Source of the DNA: Felis catus | Taxonomy: Eukaryota | DNA length: 64,000 nt | NCBI RefSeq assembly: GCF_018350175.1 | Contig: NC_058369.1 | Coordinates: 21,640,001 to 21,704,000 of the forward strand | Direction: 5' to 3' | Shown here: piece after piece, positions 13,231 to 26,297 of the stretch | How positions within the stretch are numbered: position 1 is the stretch's first letter | Layout: each line of letters opens with the position of its first letter | Made by a program: the position numbers and the translations under genes | The notes under the pieces: model-generated | Databases searched by the model: none | Told to the model about the DNA's origin: nothing | What the model saw: the letters and a program-made list of their open reading frames with translations, nothing else

Positions 13231-14479
13231 ATGGAGAGCTCCTTAACAAAACAGAACAAAAATTCTTCAACAGGGAAGACGAAAAAGCCATCATTCAGAG
13301 TCTATATATATTATGAGGTTATTAACAAAAAAACTTGGAATTCAAAGGATTTTCTAATATTCCAGGTCCAACCAAATGCCCTATTTTAGTTTAGAAAAAC
13401 ACTGATTAAAGTTTTAAGTAAAAGCCCATGACTTTATCAATACACTATTTTTTTTTTTCAATTCAGAATCTAAAATGCCCAATGTAAATCAATCCTAACA
13501 TTTAACTAAACTGCCCAAACCCACTATAAAAATCCTTACCGGAGTTGTATGTCTGGTTAAATTTACAGAGATAAAAAAATGCTGTGGTCTGTGATGAGGC
13601 CAGGTGCCATGTGCTCACATGGGGGCTGGGGGCTGGGCCGCAGGCCCAGACAGAACCTGGCTGCTGGGTTTAATACACACAGGGGGAACACATTTCACTC
13701 TTTGGGGAAGTGTGTTGCTACAGATGAAAACTGCATTAGAAGGCGCTTTGGTTCTGTGTTTTCTCCATGCTGACTACTAATACCGTGGAAATAATTTTCC
13801 AGATGTTTATATATCATCAAAATCGCATTACAGCGAACTTAGAAAGTTGTTTCTTTTGGTTCATTGCAATGTAAGAGGAAAGAAAGCAGCCAGCCACTGT
13901 CTATATTCCCTCATGATTTGATTGTAAGATACATTTTACCATATTAAGCAGGCTTAGTGCTGACTCTCCCCCTTAACACTAATGCTGAAATTATTACAAC
14001 AAAATCCCCTCCAAAGAGATAGATTCCTTGTCCAGAGCTCTTTGTACTGTGGCCCAGTGCCTCATTTAGTATATTTTACATTATATCTAAAAATTATTTC
14101 ACGTTTGAAACACCTTTCAAATAAAAACACAGTATTTCAAAATTAAACTTAAATAGACCTTTTCATCCATGGGGAAAAAAAGGGTGGGGAGGATGACTCC
14201 GAGTAGTTTTATAGTTACACATTTAACTGTCTGAAGTAAAAACCCTATCTGGACCAGTATCTGAGAACTGCAGGTTGTGACTTAAAAGTAGGCTGAGAAA
14301 TCAGTTTACTGGGTCATGACATGGCAGTTTGAAAAATGCAATCTAACAGAATTAAGAATCATCAGTGTGTCTGCACATAACTGGGGTATTTGCTGCTTCG
14401 TGAGGGCTTCACTCAGTCATGTCCACCTAATATGTACAGGGTCACAGTGCTCAATGTAGTTTTTACTGATAAACTGGTC

Positions 14480-14640
14480 TGGGCCAGTGGTTCCTCAGAC
14501 CGTAGCTGTCCATCAGACATCTCCTAGAGCTATGTGATGAAAGATTCCTTGGCCCCAGCCCCTTACAGGCTAATTCAGTTGGTCTAGGAGGGGCTGGAAC
14601 TCCTAGGGGACTCTGGTGGGTCTGGGCTAAGATGCTGCTC
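14480..14640. mobile_element. MER5-like hAT-Charlie MITE
   Basis: cagtggttcctcagac...gattccttggccccagcc...ttcagttggtctaggaggggctgg resembles MER5A. Similar copies near 8220-8320, 40250-40400 and 49560-49690. Confidence 0.5.
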
Positions 14641-15712
14641 TGGGCTCCAGTTCTCGACTGTGCAGTAGCAAAGTCACCAAGCTTCCTTGTGAAACAGCCC
14701 CAGGCTGGAAGCATAAAGAGGCTGCTCTGAATGATAGGAAGGTTCTCCAATTCTCAGAGTTACCCTTTCTTGTCCCACCTCCACCACTGGGCCTGAGGGC
14801 TATTGATGGCACTCAAGGCCTTAGAAAGGCAGTACAAGACCTCCCACAAGGGATCCAGGCCTCAAGGGACAAGAGGATCACCAGGACCACTTGGTCCTGC
14901 ACCCGTCCCTCTACGGTCTTTCCCTTTTCCTCCTCTCCTTTTCCCCTATCAGTTTTACCCCTCTCCTCAACCTCATCCTGTAGTGATGCCTTAAGATACT
15001 GCCATGCTACTTCTGGCATTTGGGACGCAAGAGATGAATGATGCTGGGTGAGGGTCAGAAGCTCTAAGCTAGGAGGTGGTGTCAGAATCACTGAGGAGCT
15101 TTCAAAAAACACGTATGTCGGGGGGCGGCTGGTTTCACAAGCATGCTAGGAGAGTGGTGGAAGAAGGGCCGATAGGAATCTGCACATCGAACAAGCTCCA
15201 GGGGGCATTCTGACTGACGGCCACTGCTAAGAACCAGTCTGAGGCACCAGAGCAGAGGTCCTGATCTGGGGTCAATGGATGGGAAAAAATTGTGGCAAAC
15301 ATATATGCGCACTTGGGCCTTTCTCTGAGGAAAGGTGTCACAGATCCCTGAGTTTCTCCAAGGCCTACAAATCAGAGTCTCAGGTGGAGGACTCTGCATC
15401 TTGCAGAAGCTCCGTGGTAACCCACAGGGCCACTGTGCCTGTCTCTGCAAACCTGGACTAACACAGCCCCATGGGGCCCGGATTTCTTCCTCCTCCAAAG
15501 GGAGGCGAAGGGGGGGTTGCTGCCCCAGCCGTGAGTGGGGAAGACTAACCGGATGGTGTGTGCGCAGCCACTGGAGAGCCCGGGCATGGCGCTAGTGCTG
15601 TAGGTGCTGCCTCTGCGAGAGCTTTCCGTGAATCCACGCTCAGGACGAAAAGAGAGAAGACTGGCAACTCGGTGGAAGGCCATGATTAAAGGCGGGTCTT
15701 TCAGGTTACCTA

Positions 15713-15925
<213 letters not shown>

Positions 15926-16418
15926 TCAAGCCTATGGTCTTAACTATCTGGAAGGCCTCCCAGTATTCCATGGCACCGATTAAAAGAAACGGCTAAAAAC
16001 AAAAGGGCAATTGAGATTAAGCCTACAAATCTCTCTTAACAACTAAATTCTCATCTGGCCAGGAAGCAAGTCTTCTCACTTTGTAAATCTGCACGAAGAG
16101 GTCTGCTGGTTTGAGCACTCAAGGCCACTAGTGGCCCTGCATGTATGAGAACCTTGGCTGAACAGGTCCTGGACAAAAGACACTGGGGAGAAGCCCAGGG
16201 CTCAGGAGCGGCAGAAAACTAGAGACAGAACCCCTCCGCAAATCTGCAGGGAGAATCAGAGTAACCATCGTGTTATTTTCTTCTAAAACATAGTGATGTA
16301 GTTCTATAGCTAACTAACAAGCTTCACAAAAATCTGCTAACAAAAGACTGGGAGCCTTAAAAATGGAACTGATCCCCTCTTTTAGGAGGGCCATTACCAA
16401 GAGGCAGCCAAGCAACTT

Positions 16419-16624
16419 TTTTTTTTTTTAATATTCCTGTTTATTTTTGAGAGAGCACGCATGAGCGGGGGAGGGGCAGAGAGAAAGAGGGGACACAGAA
16501 TCTGAAGAGGTTCCAGGCTCTGAGCTGGCAGCACAGAGCAACGTGGGGCTCGAACCCACCAGCCATGAGATTATGACCTGAGCCAAAGTCAGATGCTCAA
16601 CGGACTGAGCCACCCAGGCGCCCC
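16419..16624 (-). mobile_element. Can-SINE
   Basis: Exact TSD cagccaagcaactt (16405-16418, 16626-16639). Confidence 0.92.
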
Positions 16625-16944
16625 ACAGCCAAGCAACTTCTAGTAAAACCTATGACCCAACAATTCCACCCATAAATATCCATCCAACAAAAATAAATGT
16701 ATGTGTTCACAAAACCCCTTGTACAAAAATGTCCATAGCGGTTTTACTCATAATAGCCCAAACTGATCATCAACAAGAGAAAGAATAAACTGTGGGCCAG
16801 CCATATAAAGGAATACTTCTCAGAGAAATGATCAAAGAGAAAAAAACTACTGATCTGTGTCAAAACATGGATGAATCCCAAAAACTGTATATTGAGGGAA
16901 AAAAACCAAACATTAAAGTGTCCATACTTTATGATTTCATTTGC

Positions 16945-17162
16945 TTTTTAAAAAAACTTATTTATTTTTTAAATGTTTATTTATTTATTTTTGAGGGGGA
17001 GAGAGAGTGAGTAGAGGGGGCAGAAAGAGAAGGGGACAGAAGAACCAACGTGGGCTCTGTGCTGACAGCAGAGAGCCCGATGCGGGGCTCAAACTACGAA
17101 CCAAGAGATCGTGATCTGAGCTGACATTGGACGCTTAACCGACTGAGCCACGCAGGTGCCCC
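16945..17162 (-). mobile_element. Can-SINE
   Basis: TSD tgatttcattt. Confidence 0.9.
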
Positions 17163-17204
17163 ATGTGATTTCATTTATATGAAGTCCCTTTTAAAAGCAA
17201 CACT

Positions 17205-17397
17205 GGGGCGCCTGGGTGGCTCAGCTGATTGAGCTTCTGACCAGCTCAGGTCATGATCTCACGGTTCGTGGGTTCAAGCCTCGCACTGGGTTCTGTGCTG
17301 ACAGCAAGAGCCTGCGTCAGATTCCATCTCCCTCTCTCTCTGCCCCTCCCCTGCTTTCTCTCTCTCAAAAATAAACATTTAAAAAAAAAAAAAAAAA
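17205..17397 (+). mobile_element. Can-SINE
   Basis: Head ggggcgcctgggtggctcag; A tail; TSD aaaagcaa(c/t)act. Confidence 0.92.
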
Positions 17398-18020
17398 GCA
17401 ATACTAATCTGTAGTGATAGAAATCAGAACAGTGGTTGCCTCTGAGGTAGAGGGAGGCAGATGACTGGAAAGGGTCCTGAGAGAACTCTCTGGGGTGATG
17501 AAAGTGTTGAACCTATCAACCAGGATATTGGTTACATGGGTGTATATATTTGTCAAAACTCATCAAATTGTACTCTTAAGAGTACAGAATCTTACTCTAT
17601 GTAAATTAGGCCTCAATAACTTAGTCACTAAAAGAAATCCAGTGTTCATATTTTCTGGCAAAGGAAAGGCATTCAGATCCACAGCACGAGTCCAAAGAGT
17701 CAGGAGCAGAGCAAGGAGATGAGGGAAGGAAAGCCAGCAGGGGCCAAGGTTGGGGATATACTACCAGAAGCCACCATTGGTGTTAGAGAGAGGGCTGAAA
17801 GTTCGGTCAATGTGAGAGGCAGCTACCACGAGGAGAAAAATGCTAGAAGACCCTGCTAGGACAGTGGCACTGATGGAACCCTGGGCCAGGCAAGAAATAA
17901 CAACAGTCCTGATTCACCAAACAGCACATTTTTTTTCAGAGACTGAGAATCCAGACTATTCTTAAGACTCTTCTATTTCTGAAGTGGATACCAAAGGAAT
18001 ATCTTTTTGAATCTAAAATT

Positions 18021-18104
18021 GTTATTTTTTAACGGTGTTGTATTAGTTTCAGGTGTACAATATAGTGATTCAACAATTCTACACATTATTCAGTGCTCAT
18101 CATG
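18021..18104 (-). mobile_element. Severely 5'-truncated L1 3' end (84 bp)
   Basis: tattagtttcaggtgtacaatatagtgattcaacaattc; exact 14-bp TSD ttgaatctaaaatt. Confidence 0.75.
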
Positions 18105-19430
18105 TTGAATCTAAAATTATTAATGACGGACATAAAACATTAGAAACAGAATTTATTACCTTAGAAATCAACTAACACTGACCCTTGTAACTGATAAATC
18201 TATTATCAATGCTGAAAACTGGGACCAGCCTCTTACTTGAGCAAAAGGGCTACACAATCACAGCAGTCTGTTTCTGTACCTTCTATGACTAATTACTCCA
18301 CCAGGTGAACACTGTATTGATAAGACAGCCTTCTCCTCATGAAAATGTCCTGTGATTTCATTACAATACAAGCTGTTTCTTGGTGATTACCTTTTTTAAG
18401 GAGGCCCTGCTACTGTGAAATAGTCAAGTCCCCAATCTCTGCACACTGACTCATACTAATGGCTTCCTAATGAGGCCTCCCTGCCTGTCTGATGGAACCC
18501 CAGGGTCTCACAGCACAAGCTGCAGGGAGCTGCAAACCACCTCATTGGGTTCACAGCAGGTGTTTCTCCAAACTTAATGACCTTGGCTCTTGTGTAGAAA
18601 CTTGGCCCCTCCTCCGTAATACCCTAAGTTTGGGACCATTATAGTGGAGACCAAAACATGCCAGGGAACTTGTAAAATGGCATCTGACAAAGCCCTTTAC
18701 ATTGAGATGGGGCAGCAGAAAGAAGACTTCAGGGTTCTTGTCTAGTGCCCTGAGGAACTGAAAACATCTTTACCCAACCCAAGATGAAACACTGCAAGTG
18801 GACTGCCAGCCTGTGGCCCAGCACATTTTGAAATTGGTGAAGTCCCCAGGGCCTAGCAAGTGCTGTGAGGTGCTCAGTGGCCTGGGCACCGATGTTTCAA
18901 AGTTAGACACGTTCGATAATTTTGTCCTTCAAAGACCAAGAGTCACTGGATTAAATATACCATTTTACTTGCCGAGATCAATTTTATTCTCTGCAAATGG
19001 CTCCGAGTTATCCTTCAGAGGCTCTCATGCATCAGGCCGTGAGATTTATGTGCCATTTACTACCTTCAGATGTGTTTAGTATCAAGTGGAGACTCATTAG
19101 AGCCTGCTCTCTGCCTTCCTCCCTCATCCAAGAGGGTGCACAGGGAAGTGCCCCGCAAGACACATCTTAAGCCTGGGAGGAGAGCCAAAGATTCATAACG
19201 ACTTCTCCAAGTGAATTTGGGGGACTGGCTGATGTGGTGCCAAACCCCCCTAATGGTACCCAGATGTTTCTGACCTTGTATGAGGGGAACGGCCTCAGAA
19301 TCCCAGCCACTGACAATGTCCCCTATACTGACAAGTATCAACCCGTATGCATGCAAGTTTTTGAATTTCATAAGACTTTTCTATTTCTGATTAGAAATTA
19401 GAATCAATCTGACAAAACTCTTGCGCATAC

Positions 19431-19575
19431 CTGATCCAGAGCTAAGCATGACTCCTCCATAGATATCCAAAGCCAGCTGAGAATAGGCAAAGCCAAAAAT
19501 GGTGATGGTCAGGCCGACCAGCAGGGCCAGCTTGAGCAGGGACTCCAACACGGTGGCGGCCACAGCCATGTCCTC
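19431..19575 (-). CDS. RFT1: RFT1 exon 10 ([49 protein letters not shown])
   Basis: Acceptor ctgtcccag|GAG, donor CAG|gtatgc; 145 nt. Confidence 0.97.
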
Positions 19576-19873
19576 CTGGGACAGGGGGAGAGGGAAGGAA
19601 GTTGGATGAATCATGAGCTAAAGAAAAACTTCACATCTGGCCTTTTCTCTCTTTGCTGTCTTACAGATCACTCGTTCACCTGCTGAGAGGCGTCACTGCT
19701 TTTCTGCGGCCTATGCTGTTTCCATGTCAATTAGCACGAAGGAAATGAAGGAAAAAAAGACAATCTGTGCCTTCTTAGGTAGTTCAGGGGAGGTCTGGTT
19801 TTTAACTCATTCAGGATAAGTTATTTCAAAGGTTGCTTAGGAAACATTAGCTTTCCTCTCTGATATTTATTCC

Positions 19874-20087
19874 TTTTTTTTTTTTAACGTTTATTTATTT
19901 TTGAGAGAAAGAGAGGGAGAGACAGAGTGTGAGCTGAGAAGGGGCAGAGAGAGAGGGAGACACAGCATCCGAAGCAGGCTCCAGGCTGTCTGCGCAGAGC
20001 CTGACGCGGGGCTCGAACCCACGAACTGTGAGATCATGACCAGAGCCGAAGTCTGGCACTTAACCAACTGAGCCACCCAGGCGCCCC
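19874..20087 (-). mobile_element. Can-SINE (feliform type)
   Basis: TSD tatttattc; CpGs largely retained. Confidence 0.92.
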
Positions 20088-20460
20088 TGGTATTTATTCT
20101 TAAATGGACAGCAAGTTTTTACATTGCTAGCCGGCTAGCTTTGTCAGTGTGCTTCTCCTGACAAACGTCTCCAAATTCTGACGTTCCTGTCAAAGTATGC
20201 TTAGGAAAATATTCCTAAATCGACTGAGAACCAGTCAACTGTGCATAAACTGTATTTTTCAAAATGTCTTCTAAGACATGTAAGAGGGTGACTTAGCTTC
20301 CTTTTAATTCTAAGAGAAGTCAGACATTTTCGATGGTTTTAGAAAAAGGGAAGTTTCGACAACCAAATATGCCTGGATTAAAATCTCTTCTGTTATTTAT
20401 CAATAGGAGTATATAGAAGAGTGTAGCTCTGGGCACTTCACGGTCTTTAAGAAGCTTATT

Positions 20461-20674
20461 TTTTTTTTCAACGTTTTTATTTATTTTTTTGGGGACAGAG
20501 TGAGACAGACCATGAACGGGGGAGGGGCAGAGAGAGGGAGACACAGAATCGGAAACAGGCTCCAGGCTCTGAGCCATCAGCCCAGAGCCCGACGCGGGGC
20601 TCGAACTCACGGACTGCGAGATCGTCACCTGGCTGAAGTCGGATGCTTAACCGACTGCGCCACCCAGGCACCCC
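20461..20674 (-). mobile_element. Young SINEC_Fc-type Can-SINE
   Basis: Exact 15-bp TSD tttaagaagcttatt; ctgggctgatggctcagagcctggagcctgtttccgattc and gtcccaaaaaaataaa features. Confidence 0.93.
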
Positions 20675-21117
20675 TTTAAGAAGCTTATTAAGCAACTGGT
20701 GTGGTGAGTGACCTCAAATGACCACATCCTTTTCTCCCCACGCCCTACACGAGACTTGTCCCAGACTCTGCATCCTTTGGCTCGCCTGTGGTTCTTGAGA
20801 ATGTGAGGATGGAGGAGGCAACCTCGATTCTTCCAGCTACGCCTAGACCAGGGGAGGGGTATGCGCCGCACTGGGGATGGCTGCAGAGAGTTCTGAGAAG
20901 GCTGGATCAAGAGTGAGCTTACAAAGAAGGACTAAGAATGAGAAGGGAGGGGCCAGCCAGGGCAAAGGGAGAAGGCTTCAAAAGAAGTGAGCTCAGAGTC
21001 CTACCATCATTTGGAAGGCGATGGAAGAATGAAATCTAGAAGGAAATTTCAGATCAAACAGAAGGGAAACTGGCTGTTGCACATTTCAGTCTGTTTACCC
21101 TGAAATTGGAGAATTCA

Positions 21118-21354
<237 letters not shown>

Positions 21355-21365
21355 CTAATTTAATT

Positions 21366-21584
21366 AAAAAAATTTTTTTTAATGTTTTATTTATTCTTGA
21401 GAGAGAGAGAGACAAAGCATGAGTGAAGGAGGGGCAGAGCCAGAGAGGGACACAGAATCCGAAGCAGACTCCAGGCTCTGATCTGTCAGCACAGAGCCCA
21501 ACGTGGGGCTTGAACTCACGAGCCCTGAGATCATGACCTGAGCCAAAGTCAGATGCTCAACCGACTGAGCCACCCAGGTGCCCC
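21366..21584 (-). mobile_element. Can-SINE
   Basis: TSD ctaatttaatt; about 85 nt from the exon 9 acceptor. Confidence 0.92.
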
Positions 21585-22202
21585 ACTAATTTAATTTTTT
21601 TAATGGAACTTTTTTGAGGTAATTATAGATTCACAGGTAGTTTTAAGAAATCACAGATCCATTACCCAGTTTCATGAATAGTAACATTTTGTGAGAGCAG
21701 GGCACAGTATTGCAGCTGGGATACTGACACTGACACAGTCAAGACAGAACATTTCCAGCACCAGCACTTTTTTTTTATAGAAACCATTAATGCCAAGTTG
21801 ATTTAAATTTTTTTTTCTTTCCACTACTTCAGGATTATAGTCAAAAATAAATACAAAGAAAGTATTGAGACTTATCTAGCCGCACGATCACAGGGCAACT
21901 CTGTGACTGTGATGGCAAGCTCCCTTTTCTGTCAGTGCCCCCAAACCCCAGATGGACACCAGAGCTCTGCAGGAACCGGGGGATCTCAACAGAGAACCTG
22001 CCACCCGAGTCACAAGAGAGGGGGCGGTCAGTACACTCTATATATTTACAGACACCAACAATTTTCAATCTTTAGGAATCATTTTTTTCCAATATTCATC
22101 TTTTATAATCATCGGGTATATTTTTCATTAAATGTATCAAACCGCAGAGAAAACTATTACTAATCATCTACTAACGGTGTTCACTACAGAATTTCATCTT
22201 AC

Positions 22203-22253
22203 CCTGATCGCCAAAATTTAACACGTTCAAAAAGGTCATTACATATCGCTCGC
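22203..22253 (-). CDS. RFT1: RFT1 exon 8 (ERYVMTFLNVLNFGDQ-G)
   Basis: Acceptor tttgtag|GC, donor AGG|gtaag; 51 nt. Confidence 0.96.
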
Positions 22254-24007
22254 CTACAAATAGAAAACCAAAATAATTAGCATTTCAAGGGCACATTATT
22301 TTCTTGTTTCCTTTTCTCTTATCGACTATCAACTTTCCAGCTGGCAAATACTCTCAAAGGAGAAAAATTATATAGTCAGTTAAAGACATGTTCTTAATAC
22401 TGATTTCAAACAAGATTCTATCCATAATCTCAAAATAGTAATAACGGCAAATGATGGGGGATTTATTGACAGCAAATCTCCAAACCAGTTAAATTGAAAA
22501 CAAAAACAAAATCAATAAGACAGTCTAATAACTTAAAAAAAGGGAGGAAGGTAAGATTACTATATGTTAATCATAAAAATGACTGTTCCAAATTTTAAGT
22601 GTAGGTTCTGTGAAATGAGACGTCCATGATTATGTGCACAGGCTCATCAGGTTTCCTCCTTGTGCGGCCCACTGTGGATGGATAGAGCTCTGAGCAGTGC
22701 CCACAGCCGTAAAGGGCAAATTTCTCACTTCCTAGCAACTTGCTCAAAAAGGAAAGCGATATTCAGAGACTAGAAGCAGTGAGGATCTTCTCTCAAGTCT
22801 CCCTTTGGTCCTCCCTGCACCCTCTCGGACTCAGCCCACATGACCACAGGACATCACCAGCTCCTATCTGTGTCTCTGCACTGCCTTGATCCATCCTCAT
22901 TGCTAACAGTCCCAGCTTCTGCAAATACAGATCTTACGGTGACCCCTGCTATCACACCTTTAAATGGCTCTTGATGTTTACAAAAAGTCCAGGCTCCGTA
23001 ATTCTGCACCTGAGGCCTTTTGTAAATCGACCCTAGGCTATCTTTTCAGCTTTCCTTCACCAACCTCATCCCCACCTATCATCACATGGTCATCCTCTGC
23101 TTTGCCCCATCAGGCTTTAGCCCCTCCAGCTGCTCTGCTTCAGGCTGGGCCCCTCCTGCTCCCAGCCTCGACTCTAAGCATGCTGGCCACCTAGACTGGC
23201 TTTTCCACAGGAACTTCTATGTGTTCTGGTACAAGCGGCTTCTCCTTCCCAACTCTGTAAGCTCCCTGGGGGAAGGAACCACATCTCCCTCACACTGCTG
23301 TCCCTCGTTTCCTAGCAGAGCTCCAGGAAATGCGAGGGCACTCGAAAGAGCTGATGTTTCCAAGTATAGCTCTCGCAGCCCTGGTTCAAAGCTAACCACA
23401 CAACTGTTTGTGTCTCTGGTGAGAGAATGAGCTCCTCGAGGCTGTGGCCTGTAACTCATTCATCTGTGTATTCTCAGCACCTGGCACACAGTGTTCAGGA
23501 AATGTGGGGGCAGAAGTTAACAGCACCTATATTTTTGCTATTACAATGAATGATTTCAACTGTTTTTTAGAGTTGTAGTTTGTAGATAAAAAGAACCTTG
23601 TGGGGGTGGTCCTTGTCCAGCCACTTCCTCATTTCACAGCCATGGAGATGAAAGCCCTGAGAGGTTCCTAACAGCCCTGTGCAGTCAGGCCAGGGTGGCC
23701 CCACCGTGGAAGCCATCGGTACCACATTCAGGCCCGGCTAACTCACACCTGCTGCCACAAACCTAGCCACTCCAATCTAGACAATCAGGCCATTGCTTGA
23801 CTGGATCCACTTCTTAACTCATTTCAACTGCTCTTAAAACTCCGGGAGGAAAACAAAGTGCATAAAAGCAAATGCCCTTTCCAAACTCCCTCCACTGATT
23901 TTCCCATTCTAACAATGTGAACTATCACAATATACAATTTCACTACAGATACCTTTATCAATAAATATTTGTTGAACACTGATCACAAGCAGTCCCAGCA
24001 GGGTTCT

Positions 24008-24043
24008 GGGGAGATGGTGGTAAACGGGGAGATGGTGGTAAAC
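24008..24043. repeat. Perfect 18-bp tandem duplication
   Basis: ggggagatggtggtaaac x2. Confidence 0.9.
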
Positions 24044-25150
24044 AGCACATCCTGCTCCCAAGCAACATAGAGGTAAGGCACCTTCACTCAGCTCTCCAAA
24101 GGCTTCTGACCTTACTTTCCCCAGAAGTCCTATGAGCGAGTTTCACTTTTGTAATGGCAATGTTACAGACTCAGGCTAGAAATAAGCACTGTCAAAGCTC
24201 AAGAGCCCTCAGAGCCCTCCTGGTTCTATGCCTTAACTCACAGACGGGGAAAGTGGCTCAGGGGAGTTACTTCCCTTTGGAACCATAATTAATGGAAAAT
24301 AAAGACAGGGGAAAAAAGGAAAATAACGAGATAATAATAATGATGGTTATATTAGAATGCTAGAATTATAGGGAACTTTCTATTTTCTAAAATTTTTGTA
24401 ATGAATTATATTATTTTTATAATTAAAATATAATTTTTTGAAAAGATTTAAAAACATGTTCAGTAACAAATATGTAGGTGTACGACATACGACATTTATG
24501 TGGAGAGAAGCCACTGCCTTTACTGGCTTCCAGCTGCCTCCAGCCTCACTCTCTGAACTACAGCTGGGCATAAATAAACCAATACACACATGGAGAAAGA
24601 CTAGCTGTATGTGCAGCTCTGTGCCAACCCTCTGCCTGCATTGCTCTGTCACTGTTAAACTGGAAAGCTTTAAGAAACTGGAAGCCTGGCCACACTATCA
24701 CATAAGGGTGACTCTGACTGCTTAAAAAAATAAAATGATGAAAACTCGGTTTTTAAAAAAAAAAGTTCAAAGAAAGAAATGTCTAAAAAGTTAGGACAGG
24801 ATAATGAGATTATGGATAATTTTATTTTCCAAGTTTTCTGTAATTCATAAAGAACTTGCATAATACATTTCTTTAAATGATAAAACATGGGGTTTAGGAA
24901 TTAGATGTGGATTCAAATTAAATCGTTCCTCATTACTGTAGGACCCTGTAGAAATTAGACAATGGCACTGACCCTCAGTATGTAAATGTCAGTGTCCTCC
25001 TTATTTAAAAAGCTCCGATTTCTGAGGTTCCTCAGGTCAGGGAGCTCTATAAAGCAAATGGTCCAGGTCTAGGTAATCAGCAGTTCTGTGAAATTCCCTC
25101 ACTTATATACACTATGGTATCCAGACTGCTCAGGGTGACCTTTCACTTAC

Positions 25151-25229
25151 CTTCTGTCAAAATCTGCTTCAAGAAAGACTGTTTGAAAAAACTCCAAGTC
25201 AGTTTAGCCTCTTTCCAATTTACAAAAGC
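25151..25229 (-). CDS. RFT1: RFT1 exon 7 (AFVNWKEAKLTWSFFKQSFLKQILTE-G)
   Basis: Acceptor cttctag|GCT, donor AAG|gtaagt; 79 nt. Confidence 0.97.
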
Positions 25230-26297
25230 CTAGAAGAGAAAACAAAACAAAAACAAAATCTCCCAGGCATTGCAAGTCGAAGGGTACAATAATGCTACAC
25301 GAGAGGGAAACTCATTTTGGTGCCTAAATCCCAATTTGGAGAGTGTCCACTAATTTTTCATTTAATGCTAAGCACACAGAAGGCAACCAACAAATCCTGG
25401 CAAATCCTAGCAAAGAGTTCTCACTGCTAAACATGAAGACAAAGTCCTAGGTGGGAAGAGCCTCTCTGTAAAGGGCCTACAAAGATTCATTCACTGAGAC
25501 CCCTAAGGAACTGTGCTATCCCCCTTGTTGCACAGATGGTAAGCTGACCGTATCTAACACACAGCTCAGTCGTTTATCTCCTTGAGATAGGTCTGAAGGA
25601 TTCCAAGCTGCAGAACAAATTCTGCTCCACACACCCCACATCTTAATGCTGTATTTTGCCATCCAGGGTCCCTTTATACAAAGTATATGAGCTTTGCTTG
25701 TGTATTTCAAAAGGGAGTCGGGCTTCCCAAGTCAGTCAAACCACTCAAAACGGTTATGATACAGGGGAGGAAAAAACCAACCCAAAACTTTTGATATGGC
25801 TCTTCCAAAACTCCCAGGGAGACACCAAACTGCCCATTTCCTAAGGATAGGAAGGTAAGGAGAAAGTAAATGCTTAGGAAGGGCAGAGTTCAACCTGTAA
25901 GAGACAGGCGGTCTCAAGGCCAGACTGCTGACCACAAACTGGAAGAGTGGAGCAGCTAGCTGGATGTGACTTTTGTCTTTCTATCTCCCCCAGTTCCCTC
26001 TGGAGGCCCCTCCTCTCTAATGTAGGCATCCTGAGATCCCATAATGTTCAGTTTAGGTGTTAGGTTCTTAATCTCAGGGTACCTGCATTTTGAAAAATTC
26101 TTACTAACTCAAAGTGATGACTTTGAAAGGGAGGATTTCAGGAGGGCTCTTTGGGAGGAAAGGGGTGAATCACAAAGGCCAAGTCCACTCCACCTCTCCA
26201 AAAGATCAGTTACAGCTATGGAAGTTGGCCCAAGGGCAGATGTGGAACCTGTCCCAATCACATGAACCCCTGATCTTGGCCCCAAAACCATCTGTGT

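Larger units (their letters stand above)
16645..17620 (+). mobile_element. Old L1 (L1M-type) 3' region interrupted by two SINEs
   Basis: tatgacccaacaattccac...atggatgaatcccaaaa...gatagaaatcagaacagtggttgcc...gtcaaaactcatcaaattgtac. Confidence 0.75.

Noticed and set aside
19570..19580. NAGNAG acceptor (CAG GAG) at exon 10
   Set aside because: A distal GAG acceptor is rarely used, and the proximal CAG gives the expected RFT1 sequence.
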